Assembly: GCF_006345805.1 (NCBI RefSeq)
Contig: NC_042997.1
Coordinates: forward strand, 168,826,001-168,890,000
DNA: 64,000 nucleotides
Direction of reading: 5' to 3'
Origin: Octopus sinensis
Taxonomy: Eukaryota
The first letter of the stretch is position 1, and the number at the start of each line of letters is the position of its first letter. This document shows positions 25,761-39,050 of the stretch, in pieces. Under the pieces are notes generated by a model. The model did no database searches. It was not told where the DNA came from and worked only from the letters and a program-made list of their open reading frames with translations. The position numbers and the translations under genes are program-made.

Positions 25761-26944
25761 AGTTTCAGAATACTCGCCCACATGAGTTGGATTTTCTCTT
25801 TTTGAAAGGAGTTTTCAATTTTTTTCACCAACACCTTCATAATGATGAGGTGGGGTGAGAACCTTTCCGAAAAAGATTTTAAAAATCCCAAAATTTTTTA
25901 ACATCAACTTACACAAAATACCAACCACCACTAAAATGCTTTTTTTTTTTTTTTTCCCATTGGTTTTAGTCATCTGGTTGTATTTCAGATCCTGAAACCA
26001 TTCCAATTCACATTTAAAACGAAACAAAAATTCTTAATTCCCACTTTCCATCTACCTTTCACAATTAAAATAAATTAATAAATAAAACACACAAGTTGAT
26101 TGCATGCGAAATAAAATTAGAATTTTGAAAAAAAGTATCTTTAAAACGATAATTTTAGTCAAATATAGAAAATATTTTTAATTGTATAAATATCTCCTCC
26201 TATCCCCTTTCTAGCTTATAACAAGATTATTGTGGCAATATCTTGCCCTAAGTAAAACCTTATATTATTTTTTGACTTTTTGTCATATGTAAAAATTTAA
26301 CTTGAAAATTTTGTCAACATATAAATAAGCTAAGAAGTATTATATAGTCTTGCTTTTCTCTTAATTTATTATTTTATGTCCTTTAGAAAGAAGTTTTTAT
26401 ATAATGACAAGAGTATAAAAATAATGAGAATAAAAAAAAAAATTCATTTTAATCGTGAAAGATATGGTGGAGGAGGGGTTAAGAACTTTTGTTTTGTTTT
26501 AAAGGCGAAATCCGAGCATTTCAGAACGTGGAATAAACATTTAATACAACAAAATGACTAAAAGTAACGAAGAAAAAACTTTTATGGTCATTGCTCTCTT
26601 TTTGTGTGTGTGTGTGTGTGTGTGTTAGGTCGGAGTGGGGGGGGATTTTAAAATACACGGATTTAAATTTGGATAACATGTTTCAGAATATGGAATATAA
26701 ATAAGAAGCGAGGTGGTGATGGTTGTTGTCAAGGAACGAGAGGAGGGGGAGAAGTAATGCAACGTTTAAAAAATTATGGATTAAATTTATTTATTTTTTT
26801 TAGAAAAGGCTACCCCAGGATTTTGGAAAAAATTTTGTGGTGAAAAAAAAAGTGAATCAGAAAACTCCGTATTATTTTGGTGAGCTCCGCCAAACACAAA
26901 GATAAATATATAGATAGATAGATAGATAAATAGAAATGTATATA

Positions 26945-27390
26945 CACAGAGAGAGAGCTGTGTAGTTAGTCAACATTAAAAAAGAATGTTTAAATGTGTG
27001 TGTATGTATATATATATATATATAAACACACACACACACATATATGTATATATATATATACATGTATATGTATATATATATATAGATAGATAGAAATATA
27101 TATATATATACACATAGAGAGAGCTGTGTAGTTAGTCAACATTAAAAAAGAATGTTTAAATGTGTGTGTATATATATATATAAACACACACACACACATA
27201 CATGTATACATATACATATAAACACACACACATGTATATATATACATGTATATATGCATATATATATGACACAAACTGTAGTATTCAACGTTAAAAAAGA
27301 GCGCTTAAATGTGTGTATGTATGTTTATATATATATATATATATAATATATATATATATATAATATAATATATATATAATACATACATAC
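26945..27390. repeat. Compound (TA)/(CA) microsatellite with a ~167-bp duplicated unit
   Basis: AGAGAGCTGTGTAGTTAGTCAACATTAAAAAAGAATGTTTAAATGTG at about 26952 and 27119; a diverged third copy at about 27274. Confidence 0.85.
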
Positions 27391-27929
27391 GCATACTGAA
27401 TATGAAACTGCTGTCGCAAAAAATACATCGAATATAAATAAAATTTATATTTACTGGGCCTTAACGACATTATGATATGACCTAAGTCGGGCCTTTAAAA
27501 CACTATATGTATAGTATTTATACATACGTGTGCGTGTGTATTCATTCATACATACACAAAGAAGCACAAACCGGAAAAAAACAAAACAAGAATACTCAGG
27601 TGTGCGAGAGAGAGAGAAAAAAGGTAAGATATTTATTTAAAAGAAATAAAAGAAAGAATAGCTTGTACATGTGTGTCCAAGTGCAAAACTATATTTATCA
27701 TGTAGTTTCATTGGGTAAATCTGAACTAATACCATATTTCGTTGTGACAAAATAATTACATGCATGAAATAAGAGATTTTTGTTCTCAGTTTGCAAATAT
27801 GAAACACTCGCTCGCGCGCAAAACACATGAGCGGGTGCAGATATGTGTATGAGTGTGTGTACGGGCACATTTAGCGGTATCACATTTCTACGTAGGCAAA
27901 CACAAATAACGCAAACCGAGCCAACCAGG

Positions 27930-28110
27930 GGTGGCTTCTGTGTGGTTGCACGATCTGCTAGAAATAGCAGCGAATTTGCAACCTACTCGTTTTTGAGAAA
28001 ATTACGAATACATTGACTGGATAATGTGTAATCCTGCAAAACCCTAAAAAGATGGAGTGTCTGTGATCGTAGATCTACTCAATCCGTATTGACCTGGGAC
28101 TTAAACAACT
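27930..28110 (+). mobile_element. Dispersed SINE/LINE-tail-like repeat (family E), diverged
   Basis: GCTAGAAATAGCAG..GACCTGGG.CT.AAACAAC, also at about 34940-35143 (+) and 6380-6450 (-). Confidence 0.5.
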
Positions 28111-28669
28111 TAGTACATAATGTAAGAAGTGTGTGTATGTGTGTGTGTGTGAATATGCGCGTGGTAAAAGACTAAACAATACAAAATTTGGAAACATACG
28201 GTGAACAAAAATAAAGTCACCGAAAAAAACTCAGCATTAATTGATGGAAAAGTTACGGAATAATGTTATATTAAAATACCATAAATAATAGTTTAACAAA
28301 CTGATTAAACAAATATTTTAACTTATTTATTAATTTGACAATACATGACTTGTACACAATATAATGAATGGCTTAACACGAAAATAATCATGTTTTAATC
28401 AATATCTTAAAATCAATAAAACCAAAAAACAGATATTTCAGTCATTCATTCAAGTTTACCAGTAACTTACTTTTTTTTAACATAGTTTATCCGGAAGAAA
28501 ATCCAAAATAACAAATATAGACATGATACCATGGCCACGGGGTAATTAATACACACATATTTGAAATAGAATATGCTGTTCAAGATTAAATCAGATCTAT
28601 TAAAAACTTAGAGACTTTTTAACTGCACGAATTGACTGTGTGTCTATTTGTTCGGCAGTCCGTCTCTCT

Positions 28670-28972
28670 CTCTCTCTCTTTTCTTTTGTTTCACTCTTTG
28701 GGCTGCGGTCATTCTGGGGCACCGCCTTGAAGAATTTTAGTTGAAGAGGTTTAGTTACAGGGATATAAACAAACCAACACCAGTTATCAAATACAATGGG
28801 ACACACACACACACATACATACATGATGGGCTTCTTCTAGCTTCTGTCTACCAAATCCAATTAGAAAGCTTTAGTTGGCCCTGGGCTATAGTAGAACACA
28901 CTCGCCCAAAGTGCCGCACAGTGGGATTGAACTCAAATCATGTGGTTGCGAATCAAATCTCTTACCACACAG
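28670..28972 (-). mobile_element. SINE family A (diverged)
   Basis: Reverse-complement family A motifs. Confidence 0.65.
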
Positions 28973-29329
28973 AGCGACACCTGCACAATAAAGATAAATA
29001 TTCAATGCATAAGTGCAAAAGAGTCAAGTAAACGGTTCGTCACTGCAATCCATCAACGGGTTATCAACAATACAAGGTAACTAATGTGTATTTATTTATT
29101 TAGCATTTTTGTTTTCTAGAACATCAGCCGAGTGAGTAAAACGAACCAACTACAACTGGGAATAAAATATATTTTACAGCGCTAACCAGCTATTCATAAT
29201 ATCCACATATAAGCATACGTAATTGTTTATAAACATATAAACTGGCTGGTGTCTTGTATGGAAGAGATATTTGGTTCAAAAGCTGAAAGAATAGAGCACC
29301 TTCTAGCAGCCCATTACTTTCAAAATATT

Positions 29330-30200
29330 ACTAAAGTATTGTCGATATCGTCATCATCATCAATAACATTACTATTATTAACATGATTATCACTATCGTA
29401 TATATCATCGTGGTTTTGATAAATTTATAATACTCACCAATATCGTAATATCATTACCATCGGCATCACCATCAACAGCTTTACCACTGCCATCATCTTC
29501 AATATTATTGTAGCCTTCGTCGTCGTTGTCATCATCATCATCATCGTCATCGTCATCATCACCGTTAGTATATCCAACAATATCATCATCATCATCTATT
29601 ATTTTTCTAACTTAAAAATGCTAGCAGATGTAGTTACATTATAAATAACTTGTTGCCGTTTTGTTGTTATTGTTTTAGTTATCAACATTGTTATGGTGGT
29701 TGTGTTTGTTGCTGCCGTACCTGTTGTTGTTGTTGTTTATGGTAGTTAGTAGTGGTGGTGCTGGTGGTGGTGGTGATGAGGATGATAATGATGATAATGA
29801 TGAAGATGACATGTGAGATGTGATTTGAGATGCTCTGTCACGTCCTCACTGACAAAGCAGGATAAATAGTCAGAGTGGCAGTGTTTTGTCCAAGCGTTTA
29901 ATACAAGCTACGATGGTATTAATAGTCTCCGCAGTGCAAAGTAACATCCGAGCACCGAGCCAGACACACCAGCAGTATTCTAGTAGTAGTAGTAGTAAGT
30001 GTCTGCCTGCCTGGAAGCAATCTCGTACATATCAGATAGCTATTGTTGTTGTTGTTGTTGTTGTTATTGTTATTCTGTGGGTCGCACTTCCGACAATTTC
30101 CTTTTGATGATGGTAAAAGAGAGAAGAGGTGGCTGCTGCTACCATTACTACTGCTGCTACCGATACTACTACTACTACTACTACTACTACAACTACTACT
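29330..30200. repeat. Trinucleotide-repeat-rich low-complexity region ((CAT)n, (GTT)n, (GGT)n, (CTA)n)
   Basis: Direct reading. Confidence 0.85.
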
Positions 30201-30697
30201 ACTGTCACAGCAGTTAAATCCTTCATCGTAGTTTTAAGGGAACAGGTGGAATCGTCGTTAGAGATAGCGAACAAGTCGTTGAATATGGATTCAGGTGCTC
30301 GGAAAAGTCGAAGACCGAGACATACAGACCGCCACGCGCTCACATGTAGCCGATATACACGTACATGCACACCATACATGATGCATACATACAATATACA
30401 TGTATATATTGGCAAAAAAAGTAAAAAAAACAGCTCAGCATATAGATAAAAGAATACTTACACAAACATCCATACAGTTACAGGGTGACGGACAGACCCC
30501 GTGATAGTCCCACAAGCGCCAAGTAAACATAGATATACATTTATGCATGTATATATTATATACACAGTTGACGACGTAGCTTTTATCTTTACGAGACAGA
30601 CAGCTCGCTCGTCTGAACTTTCAGACATACACTCACACATACATACATACACACACTCACGCACTCACACTATTACACAGACTCCCTCACACTTACA

Positions 30698-30728
<31 letters not shown>

Positions 30729-31666
30729 GTTTCTACTACTCACACATTTGTACTCCCGCACATGCACTCGCTCGCACGTGCACATAGGTTGTAACGTACA
30801 CACACACACTCATATACTAAAAAGAACAACAAGTACAAGAACAGCCACAGTACTGGTTATAAACAAGAGTTTGTCGATCAGTTAAAGGAAATTACAAGTG
30901 GCTGGCTTGTAATTTCACCGACAGCATTTGTAGCAGTAAGCCATCGAGTTATTGGTGTGATTCTCTTATAAGTAAACGACCATCGTCTCCGTGGCTCCTG
31001 CGATTAATTGAGATGGCAGTGGTGGCAGCGATGGTAATAATAATGTTTAATAGTAACGGCGTAGTGTTTCTATAATGACTATAACAAGGTTTGTGATTGC
31101 TAACTAGAGAAGAGTCTCTGAATATTATGAATAACGGATAAAAAGAAGGAAAAAGACAAGGTAGGAAGACAGAGAAAGAACTATATATTAGGTGTAAGGG
31201 AAAGACTGATTTAGAAAGAGTAAACAAACCATATGAATGGTAAGAGCGAAACAAAAACAACGGTTGCTATTATAAAATAGCGTGTGATGCACTCGGCCAG
31301 ACATAATCTGTTTCGTCCGATAGCAAGCAAAAAAGTGTTACTGAGTGGCTTTGGGGATAAAATTAACTGTTTGGTTATTTTAATTGGGTAACATATTAGA
31401 TGCTATGATGTTTGTTCCCTCCTTCCTCGAGGATATTAGCGGCGTAAGCGAAATGGAAAGGACTTAACTGAAAATGGATGGAAACCGAAACAGAGGACTT
31501 GCCCGATGTCATTCCATGTGTAATATACACACATACATACATACACATATGTGTAGCTGATATAGAAGCAATGACATAACGATACATCCGAGTTTGTTTT
31601 CTTTCTCGTTAATATATTTGTCACTGACCCCCGTCGCCGACAGTGTATTATATACTTTAGCGCACG

Positions 31667-31707
<41 letters not shown>

Positions 31708-31743
31708 CTATCTATCTATCTATCTATCTATCTATATCTATCT

Positions 31744-31796
<53 letters not shown>

Positions 31797-33191
31797 TTAT
31801 CCATGTATATATATACATATTCATATGTATATATATATTCATATATATTTATATATTCATATATATATATATATATAGTCATGTGTATGTATGTATGTAT
31901 ATACATATCTAATCATTTGTGTGTATTTATATCTATATACATACATTTGTATGCCTACCCATTCATGTTTATCAGATTTGTTGTTTAGCTTTTGGACGGC
32001 TGTTGTTCAGTTGCCGCTCCAGACACGACCACTGTGTTTTTTATTCTCTCATATACAGTATAAAGGTATGAGTTGAAGGATATTTACCTGGTATTTCTAG
32101 CATATCGAGGGATCACAAAGATACTCTTAGCTTTATCATTTCACAGATGTTCGGAGACGTGGATATACCTAGATAAAATATAAATGTACTTAGGTACATT
32201 TATGACAAACTTAAGAATAACTTTCCAGCAAAACTATATAATTTAAAAAATCTGAACATCGCTATCTAAATTTTATTTTATTTATTTATTTTTGTTTTTT
32301 CTTTTGTTTTTTGTTGTTGCCAGGTTTATATTATGTTCCTATTTGAACAGAACGGGGTTTGATTAAGGGTGTTCCGTATATAACCATCCAATCCTTTATC
32401 CGACAGTTGTATATGAAGAAATACTTCATCATCCAATTAACTAGCACCCTCCTATTTCAAGATTAGCTGAAATTTCAGGTAGATTTGGCTGTTATATCTA
32501 GGAGTCGAATACTTTCATTGACAATTCTTTGTTACACACACAAGCACCTATTTGTATATAGGTGTGCATATGTGTGTGTGAATATATATATATGTGTGTG
32601 TGTGTGTGTATGTATGTATATATATATATATATTATATATATATATATTATAATATATATATATATAATATATATATAATATATATATATACGCATGAAT
32701 ACACACACGTGTGTATGCATATTGTTTATGTATATTATAGGAAAGTTAAGTTGTCTGTGACAATGGGAAAAATAACGAATGCATTCGATAAAATGATCTC
32801 AGAGTTAAGAACCTAATATCATTTCTTTATCGTAGAAATCAGGCGACAGACACATCGTCAGACAGTCTGGCTTACTCAGCTCGGTTTATAATCAAATAGA
32901 GTCTGAAGTTAACGTACAACCAGGCTGTCTGTTTGAATACAGGACTTGTAGGCAAGTTTCTGCAACAGTGTCGAATATCTGAGAACAATCTGTTATTGTA
33001 ATGTTGATAAAGATGAATTTATGTATAACTACATATACAATAGCACAATCTTACCGCTTCCGATACTTCTAGACTTCTAGATTTATTTAGGAATCCCAGT
33101 GAGGATTACAATTTGAATTCCTCCACATAGGATTAATGTAATGGTTATGTGAAGGAAACATCCATTGCCAAGCAAAAGCCTTCTTTCTGTT

Positions 33192-33263
<72 letters not shown>

Positions 33264-33275
33264 ATCTATCTATCT

Positions 33276-33324
<49 letters not shown>

Positions 33325-34146
33325 TTATCCATGTATATATATACATATTCATATGTATATATATATTCATATATATTATATATTCATATATATATATATA
33401 TATAGTCATGTGTATGTATGTATGTATATACATATCTAATCATTGTGTGTATTTATATCTATATACATACATTTGTATGCCTACCCATTCATGTTTATCA
33501 GATTTGTTGTTTAGCTTTTGGACGGCTGTTGTTCAGTTGCCGCTCCAGACACGACCACTGTGTTTTTTATTCTCTCATATACAGTATAAAGGTATGAGTT
33601 GAAGGATATTTACCTGGTACTTCTAGCATATCGAGGGATCACAAAGATACTCTTAGCTTTATCATTTCACAGATGTTCGGAGACGTGGATATACCTAGAT
33701 AAAATATAAATGTACTTAGGTACATTTATGACAAACTTAAGAATAACTTTCCAGCAAAACTATATAATTTAAAAAATCTGAACATCGCTATCTAAATTTT
33801 ATTTTATTTTATTTATTTTTGTTTTTTCTTTTGTTTTTTTGTTGTTGCCAGGTTTATATTATGTTCCTATTTGAACAGAACGGGGTTTGATTAAGGGTGT
33901 TCCGTATATAACCATCCAATCCTTTATCCGACAGTTGTATATGAAGAAATACTTCATCATCCAATTAACTAGCACCCTCCTATTTCAAGATTAGCTGAAA
34001 TTTCAGGTAGATTTGGCTGTTATATCTAGGAGTCGAATACTTTCATTGACAATTCTTTGTTACACACACAAGCACCTATTTGTATATAGGTGTGCATATG
34101 TGTGTGTGAATATATATATATATGTGTGTGTGTGTGTGTATGTATG

Positions 34147-34182
<36 letters not shown>

Positions 34183-34714
34183 ATATATATAATATATATA
34201 TAATATATATATACGCATGAATACACACACGTGTGTATGCATATTGTTTATGTATATTATAGGAAAGTTAAGTTGTCTGTGACAATGGGAAAAATAACGA
34301 ATGCATTCGATAAAATGATCTCAGAGTTAAGAACCTTAATATCATTTCTTTATCGTAGAAATCAGGCGACAGACACATCGTCAGACAGTCTGGCTTACTC
34401 AGCTCGGTTTATAATCAAATAGAGTCTGAAGTTAACGTACAACCAGGCTGTCTGTTTGAATACAGGACTTGTAGGCAAGTTTCTGCAACAGTGTCGAATA
34501 TCTGAGAACAATCTGTTATTGTAATGTTGATAAAGATGAATTTATGTATAACTACATATACAATAGCACAATCTTACCGCTTCCGATACTTCTAGACTTC
34601 TAGATTTATTTAGGAATCCCAGTGAGGATTACAATTTGAATTCCTCCACATAGGATTAATGTAATGGTTATGTGAAGGAAACATCCATTGCCAAGCAAAA
34701 GCCTTCTTTCTGTT

Positions 34715-34770
<56 letters not shown>

Positions 34771-34794
34771 CCTACCTACCTACCTACCTACCTA

Positions 34795-34865
<71 letters not shown>
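31667..34865. repeat. Direct tandem duplication of a ~1523-bp unit bounded by three (CTAT)n arrays
   Basis: 31667-33194 is nearly identical to 33195-34716; the same anchor occurs at 33193 and 34716. Confidence 0.95.
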
Positions 34866-35202
34866 GTTTATCTACCTGTCTGCCTGCTAGCCTGTCTGTC
34901 TCTTTGTCCTACCTACCTTAATTTCTCATGTGAGCCCAAATGAGGGAGCCTCTATGTGGTCGCTCGACTTGCAAAAAATAACACCCAAATCTTCAAATCA
35001 CACTCTACCGTTTTAAAAAGAACAGTAGATAAAATTATCCTGTTTTCCATGTAGATGGCATAAAGATGGGATTGCCACAACCGGAATGTCTTTGATAACA
35101 GGTTTAATCGACTAGGGTTGAACTGGAGTTAAACAGCAACAATAAGATCTCTCTCATACAAAGCCAACGAGAGTTTTCACGTTGTCGCTCGTCAGAAGGC
35201 AC

Positions 35203-35340
35203 ATGGCGTAGCGGTTGGGATATTGGGCACACGATCGTCAGGTCGTGGGTTCGGTTCTCGAACTAGGCATAACATTGTGTCCTTGAACAAAACAGTTAAT
35301 TTCACATTGCTTCGCCGACTCAGCTAAAAGTGAGTACCAG
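35203..35340 (+). mobile_element. tRNA-headed SINE fragment (family C-like)
   Basis: GGCACATGGCGTAGCGGTT..GGTTCGGTTCTC..TGTGTCCTTGAACAA. Confidence 0.6.
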
Positions 35341-36288
35341 AAAAAGCTGAGAATGTGATTAAGCCAATGAAAGACTGGCGCCCCGTGCATTGGGAGTAAG
35401 ATATTGTTTTGTACCCTCACGCGTTTAAATATCACGGAAATTGGAACCAGTCCTGTCCTAAGAAGCCTGTAGGTTCAATGTAAGCTTTAACTTAAAAGAT
35501 TTTTTTTTTTAATATTAAACTTTGAAAACCATGATTCTAGCTAAAATGTATCTCAATATACGAGGAATGTCATGGTTAGAATGTCTTTGATCATAGATGA
35601 CTCGGAGCTAAACAAACCTCAAGTCTTCTACTCTTATTCATTAACAGTACGGTTCACCAGGTAACTCGTGTATCTCAGAGGTACATGAATTAGCCTGGCC
35701 TTCCATAATAAGAACCATCAAAAAGTAATTAACTCTGTTGCTTCCGAATGGGTTATGGATATCAATCTCTGTAGCCTCAGTATTAAAACCTACAAAATCC
35801 ATACCTCTAATACAGTACCTTCCATTGCCAATCGCAATTGGACTAAGCGCCTCCATAATACATAATTTATAATTAAAAGAGGAAAAAAAAACACATAGTT
35901 GAAGCAATCATTTCTTTTGTACTAATTGTGACCAACAATTGCTTGACCTTGGAATGCGAAGCTGTAACATGAAACGACAGATATATTCATAAATGATTGA
36001 AACCCAGTATCAATGCGAGAGTAAATTACATCATATAAGTTGTTTCACTTAACTATACTACTGTGCATTGTTATTCATAAGTGGACAATAACAATAACAA
36101 CAACAGCAACAACAACAAAAATACTGAAAAAATTATCTATTTGTCGTTCTTTCTCTTTCTCTCACTTTATGTATGTACATACGCGTGCATGCATATATAT
36201 ATACACGTATATATGTATGTATTCTCTCTTTCACTTGTTTCAGTCATTTGACTGTGGCCATGCTAGAGCACCACCTTTAGTCAAGCAA

Positions 36289-37292
36289 TCATCATCATCA
36301 TTTAACGTCCGCTTTCCATGCTAGCATGGGTTGGACGGTTCAACTGGTGTCTGGGGAGCCCGAAGGCTGCACCAGGCCAGTCAGATCTGGCAGTGTTTCT
36401 ACAGCTGGATGCCCTTCCTAACGCCAACTACTCCGAGAGTGTAGTGGGTGATTTTATGTGCCACCGACACAGGTGCCAGACGAGGCTGGCGAACGGCCAC
36501 GCTCGGATGGTGTTTTTATGTGCCACCGACACAGGTGCCAGACGAGGCTGGCGAACGGCCACGCTCGGATGGTGTTTTTATGTGCCACCGACACAGGTGC
36601 CAGACAAGGCTGGCGAACGGCCACGCTCGGATGGTGTTTTTATGTGCCACCGACACAGGTGCCAGACAAGGCTAGCAGACGACCACGCTCGGATGGTGTT
36701 TTTTATGTGCCGCCGACACAGGTGCCAGACGAGGCTGGCGAACGGCCACGCTCGGATGGTGTTTTTATGTGCCACCGACACAGGTGCCAGATAGGCTAGC
36801 AGACGACCACGCTCGGATGGTGTTTTTATGTGCCACCGACACAGGTGCCAGACGAGGCTGGCGAACGGCCACGCTCGGATGGTGTCTTTATGTGCCACCG
36901 ACACAGGTGCCAGACAAGGCTAGCAGACGACCACGCTCGGATGGTGTTTTTTATGTGCCACCGACACAGGTGCCAGACGAGGCTGGCGAACGGCCACGCT
37001 CGGATGGTGTTTTTTATGTTCCACCGACACAGGTGCCAGACAAGGCTAGCAGACGACCACGCTCGGATGGTGTTTTTTTTTTATGTGCCACCGACACAGG
37101 AGCCAGATTAGGCTGGCGATCGGCCACGATTGGATGGTGATTGTTACGTGCCCACAGCATGGAGGCCAGTCGGTGCGGTACTGGCTACGGCCACGTTCGG
37201 ATGGTATTCTTGTGTGCCACCGGCACTGGTACCACAAAGATACAAATTCCATTGATGTTCATCTATTTTGATTTTGTTTGATTTTCACTTGC
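36289..37292 (-). mobile_element. 5'-truncated RTE LINE 3' copy carrying an 11-unit 62-bp minisatellite
   Basis: (TCA)n tail at 36289-36300, terminal stem-loop, array about 36452-37140; abuts a family A SINE tail (36218-36288). Confidence 0.9.
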
Positions 37293-37410
37293 AATATATA
37301 TATATATTGATAGAAATGTTAAGACAACAAAAGCATGAAAGAGACCTCAATATTATGTAAATAGAGGAATTTATCTGTAAATATAATATGTGACAATTAT
37401 TCGGTAGCCA

Positions 37411-37471
37411 TGATAAAACTCTGAGTTTCGGATGTCGAGGTGGAAATTCACGCCGCCATCTCTTCATCACC
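37411..37471 (-). ncRNA. Degenerate hammerhead-like motif (Penelope-type)
   Basis: Minus strand reads GGTGA-TGAAGA-GATG..CATC-C-GAAAC-TCAGA-GTT-TTATC; C3 is absent. Confidence 0.45.
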
Positions 37472-38270
37472 CGGTAAACGATGAAGTGTTTTTCATGTGA
37501 TTCAAATTCTATTGTTTCAAGACTTGTGATCATAATATGAAGTAATAGAATAAGTATTAAACTTTAAAAGTAAGTACTGGAGTCGGTTTGATCAGCTAAA
37601 CCCTTCAAGGCAAATTCCTGGTATGACTGTAGGCCAATGACCGAAACAAAAGAATACAAGAATCGGTTAAAGATTTTAAATTAATAGGAATGATCCCATG
37701 TCTCGAAGCAATACAATTTGAATCACATGAAAACACTTCATGGTTTACTGGTTGAAGCGAAAATTTTCGGTAAATACCATCAGAATGGTTGCAGCCACCA
37801 CCCTTGCAAAGGTGATGAAGGGCACATCACATGATTTGATCATAGATACACGGTGTCTGGAAAATAAAAATGACTCGATGATTAATTACGTTTGGACTAA
37901 TAAAAAAAGTCATTCTTTGTGTTTTGTCATGGAGAAAATTTCTCGATGTTGACAATGGAGTAAATACACTAGAGTTGAGCAACTTTCATAAATTTACAGG
38001 TATATCTGATATATACGCATAAACATTGGCGTAGAAGGTATATATTAAACATTTACTCATTAAAATATAGGGAATGATACACTAAACAAAATAAGATAAT
38101 GCACATGAAGTGATGTTCTGACTTAGCGAACATCCAGAATGGACTGGAGCAAAAGAACTAGTAATGTGTGTGATTGTGTGTGTGTGTGTGTGTGTGTGTG
38201 GTCAGTAGTTCATATATCCGAAAACGAAACACACCTTAAAGCATTAAAGCGATAATATATTTTGGGGGAA

Positions 38271-38797
38271 TTAGCGGTATTTGGTCTGCCGTTACGTTCT
38301 GAGTTCAAATTCCGCCGAGGTCGACTTAGCCTTTCGTCCTTTCGGGGTCGATTAAATAAGTACCAGATATGCCCTGGAGTTGATCCAATCGTCTTAATCC
38401 CTTTGTCTGTCCTTATTTTTTCCCCTCTATGTTTAGACCCCTATGGTGAGGGCGCGTGGCTTAGTGGTTAGGGCATTCGGCTCATGATCGTAAGGTTGTG
38501 AGTTCGATTCCCGGCGACGCGTTGTGTCCTTGAGCAAGACACTTTATTTCACGTTGCTCCAGTCCACTCAGCTGGCAAAAATGAGTTGTACTTGTATTTC
38601 AAAGGGTCAGCCTTGTCACTCTCTGTGTCACGCTGATTATCCCCGAGAACTACGTTAAGGGTACACGTGTCTGTGGAATGCTCAGCCATTTGCACGTTAA
38701 TTTCACGAGCAAGCTGTTCCGTTGATCGTATCAGCTGGGACCCTCGTCGTCGTAACCGGCGGAGTCTTTTTAGACCCCTATGTACAATAAAGAAATA
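38271..38797 (+). mobile_element. 5'-truncated family B SINE with 17-bp TSD, containing a nested family C SINE
   Basis: AATATATTTTGGGGGAA at 38254-38270 and 38798-38814. Confidence 0.88.
38446..38768 (+). mobile_element. tRNA-derived SINE family C with 14-bp TSD
   Basis: Head GGCGCGTGGCTTAGTGGTTAGG..GTTCGATTCC; TTTAGACCCCTATG at 38432-38445 and 38769-38782. Confidence 0.9.
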
Positions 38798-38900
38798 AAT
38801 ATATTTTGGGGGAAGTTAAAAGTTATAACCGGGCAAAGAGTGTCTATTGGTAACTGACCGTTACGTATTTCTTTCTCCTGAAGCTTAAGCGCCTTCAACT

Positions 38901-38969
38901 ATTTGAGACTGACGAGTCGCCTATACTGCTAAGCACTTTATGGGTGCGAAACTAATGGTCACTCTATAA
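38901..38969 (+). ncRNA. Type I hammerhead ribozyme candidate
   Basis: CTGACGA (38909-38915), stem II G(T)CGCCTATA/TATGGGTGC, GAAAC (38948-38952), loop TAATG, GTC (38958-38960); stem I GAG/CTC is partial. Confidence 0.62.
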
Positions 38970-38995
38970 CTGGCCATAGCCTTTAACTTCCTAAA

Positions 38996-38996
<1 letters not shown>

Positions 38997-39026
<30 letters not shown>

Positions 39027-39050
39027 TGTATGTATGTATGTATGTATGTA
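38997..39050. repeat. (TATG)n microsatellite
   Basis: Direct reading. Confidence 0.95.

Noticed and set aside
30032-30449. Overlapping ORFs on both strands with poly-T, poly-V and poly-L runs
   Set aside because: Driven by (CTA)n and (GTT)n triplet repeats; no protein motif
35641-35907. 88-aa minus-strand ORF as a host exon
   Set aside because: No recognisable domain and no clear splice pair; the plus strand weakly resembles decayed CR1 RT (QKVINSVASEW). Unresolved, so not called.
38451-38520. tRNA genes in SINE heads (also 44852ff, 39590ff, 7431ff)
   Set aside because: A/B boxes are present, but no complete cloverleaf, and each continues into SINE body sequence
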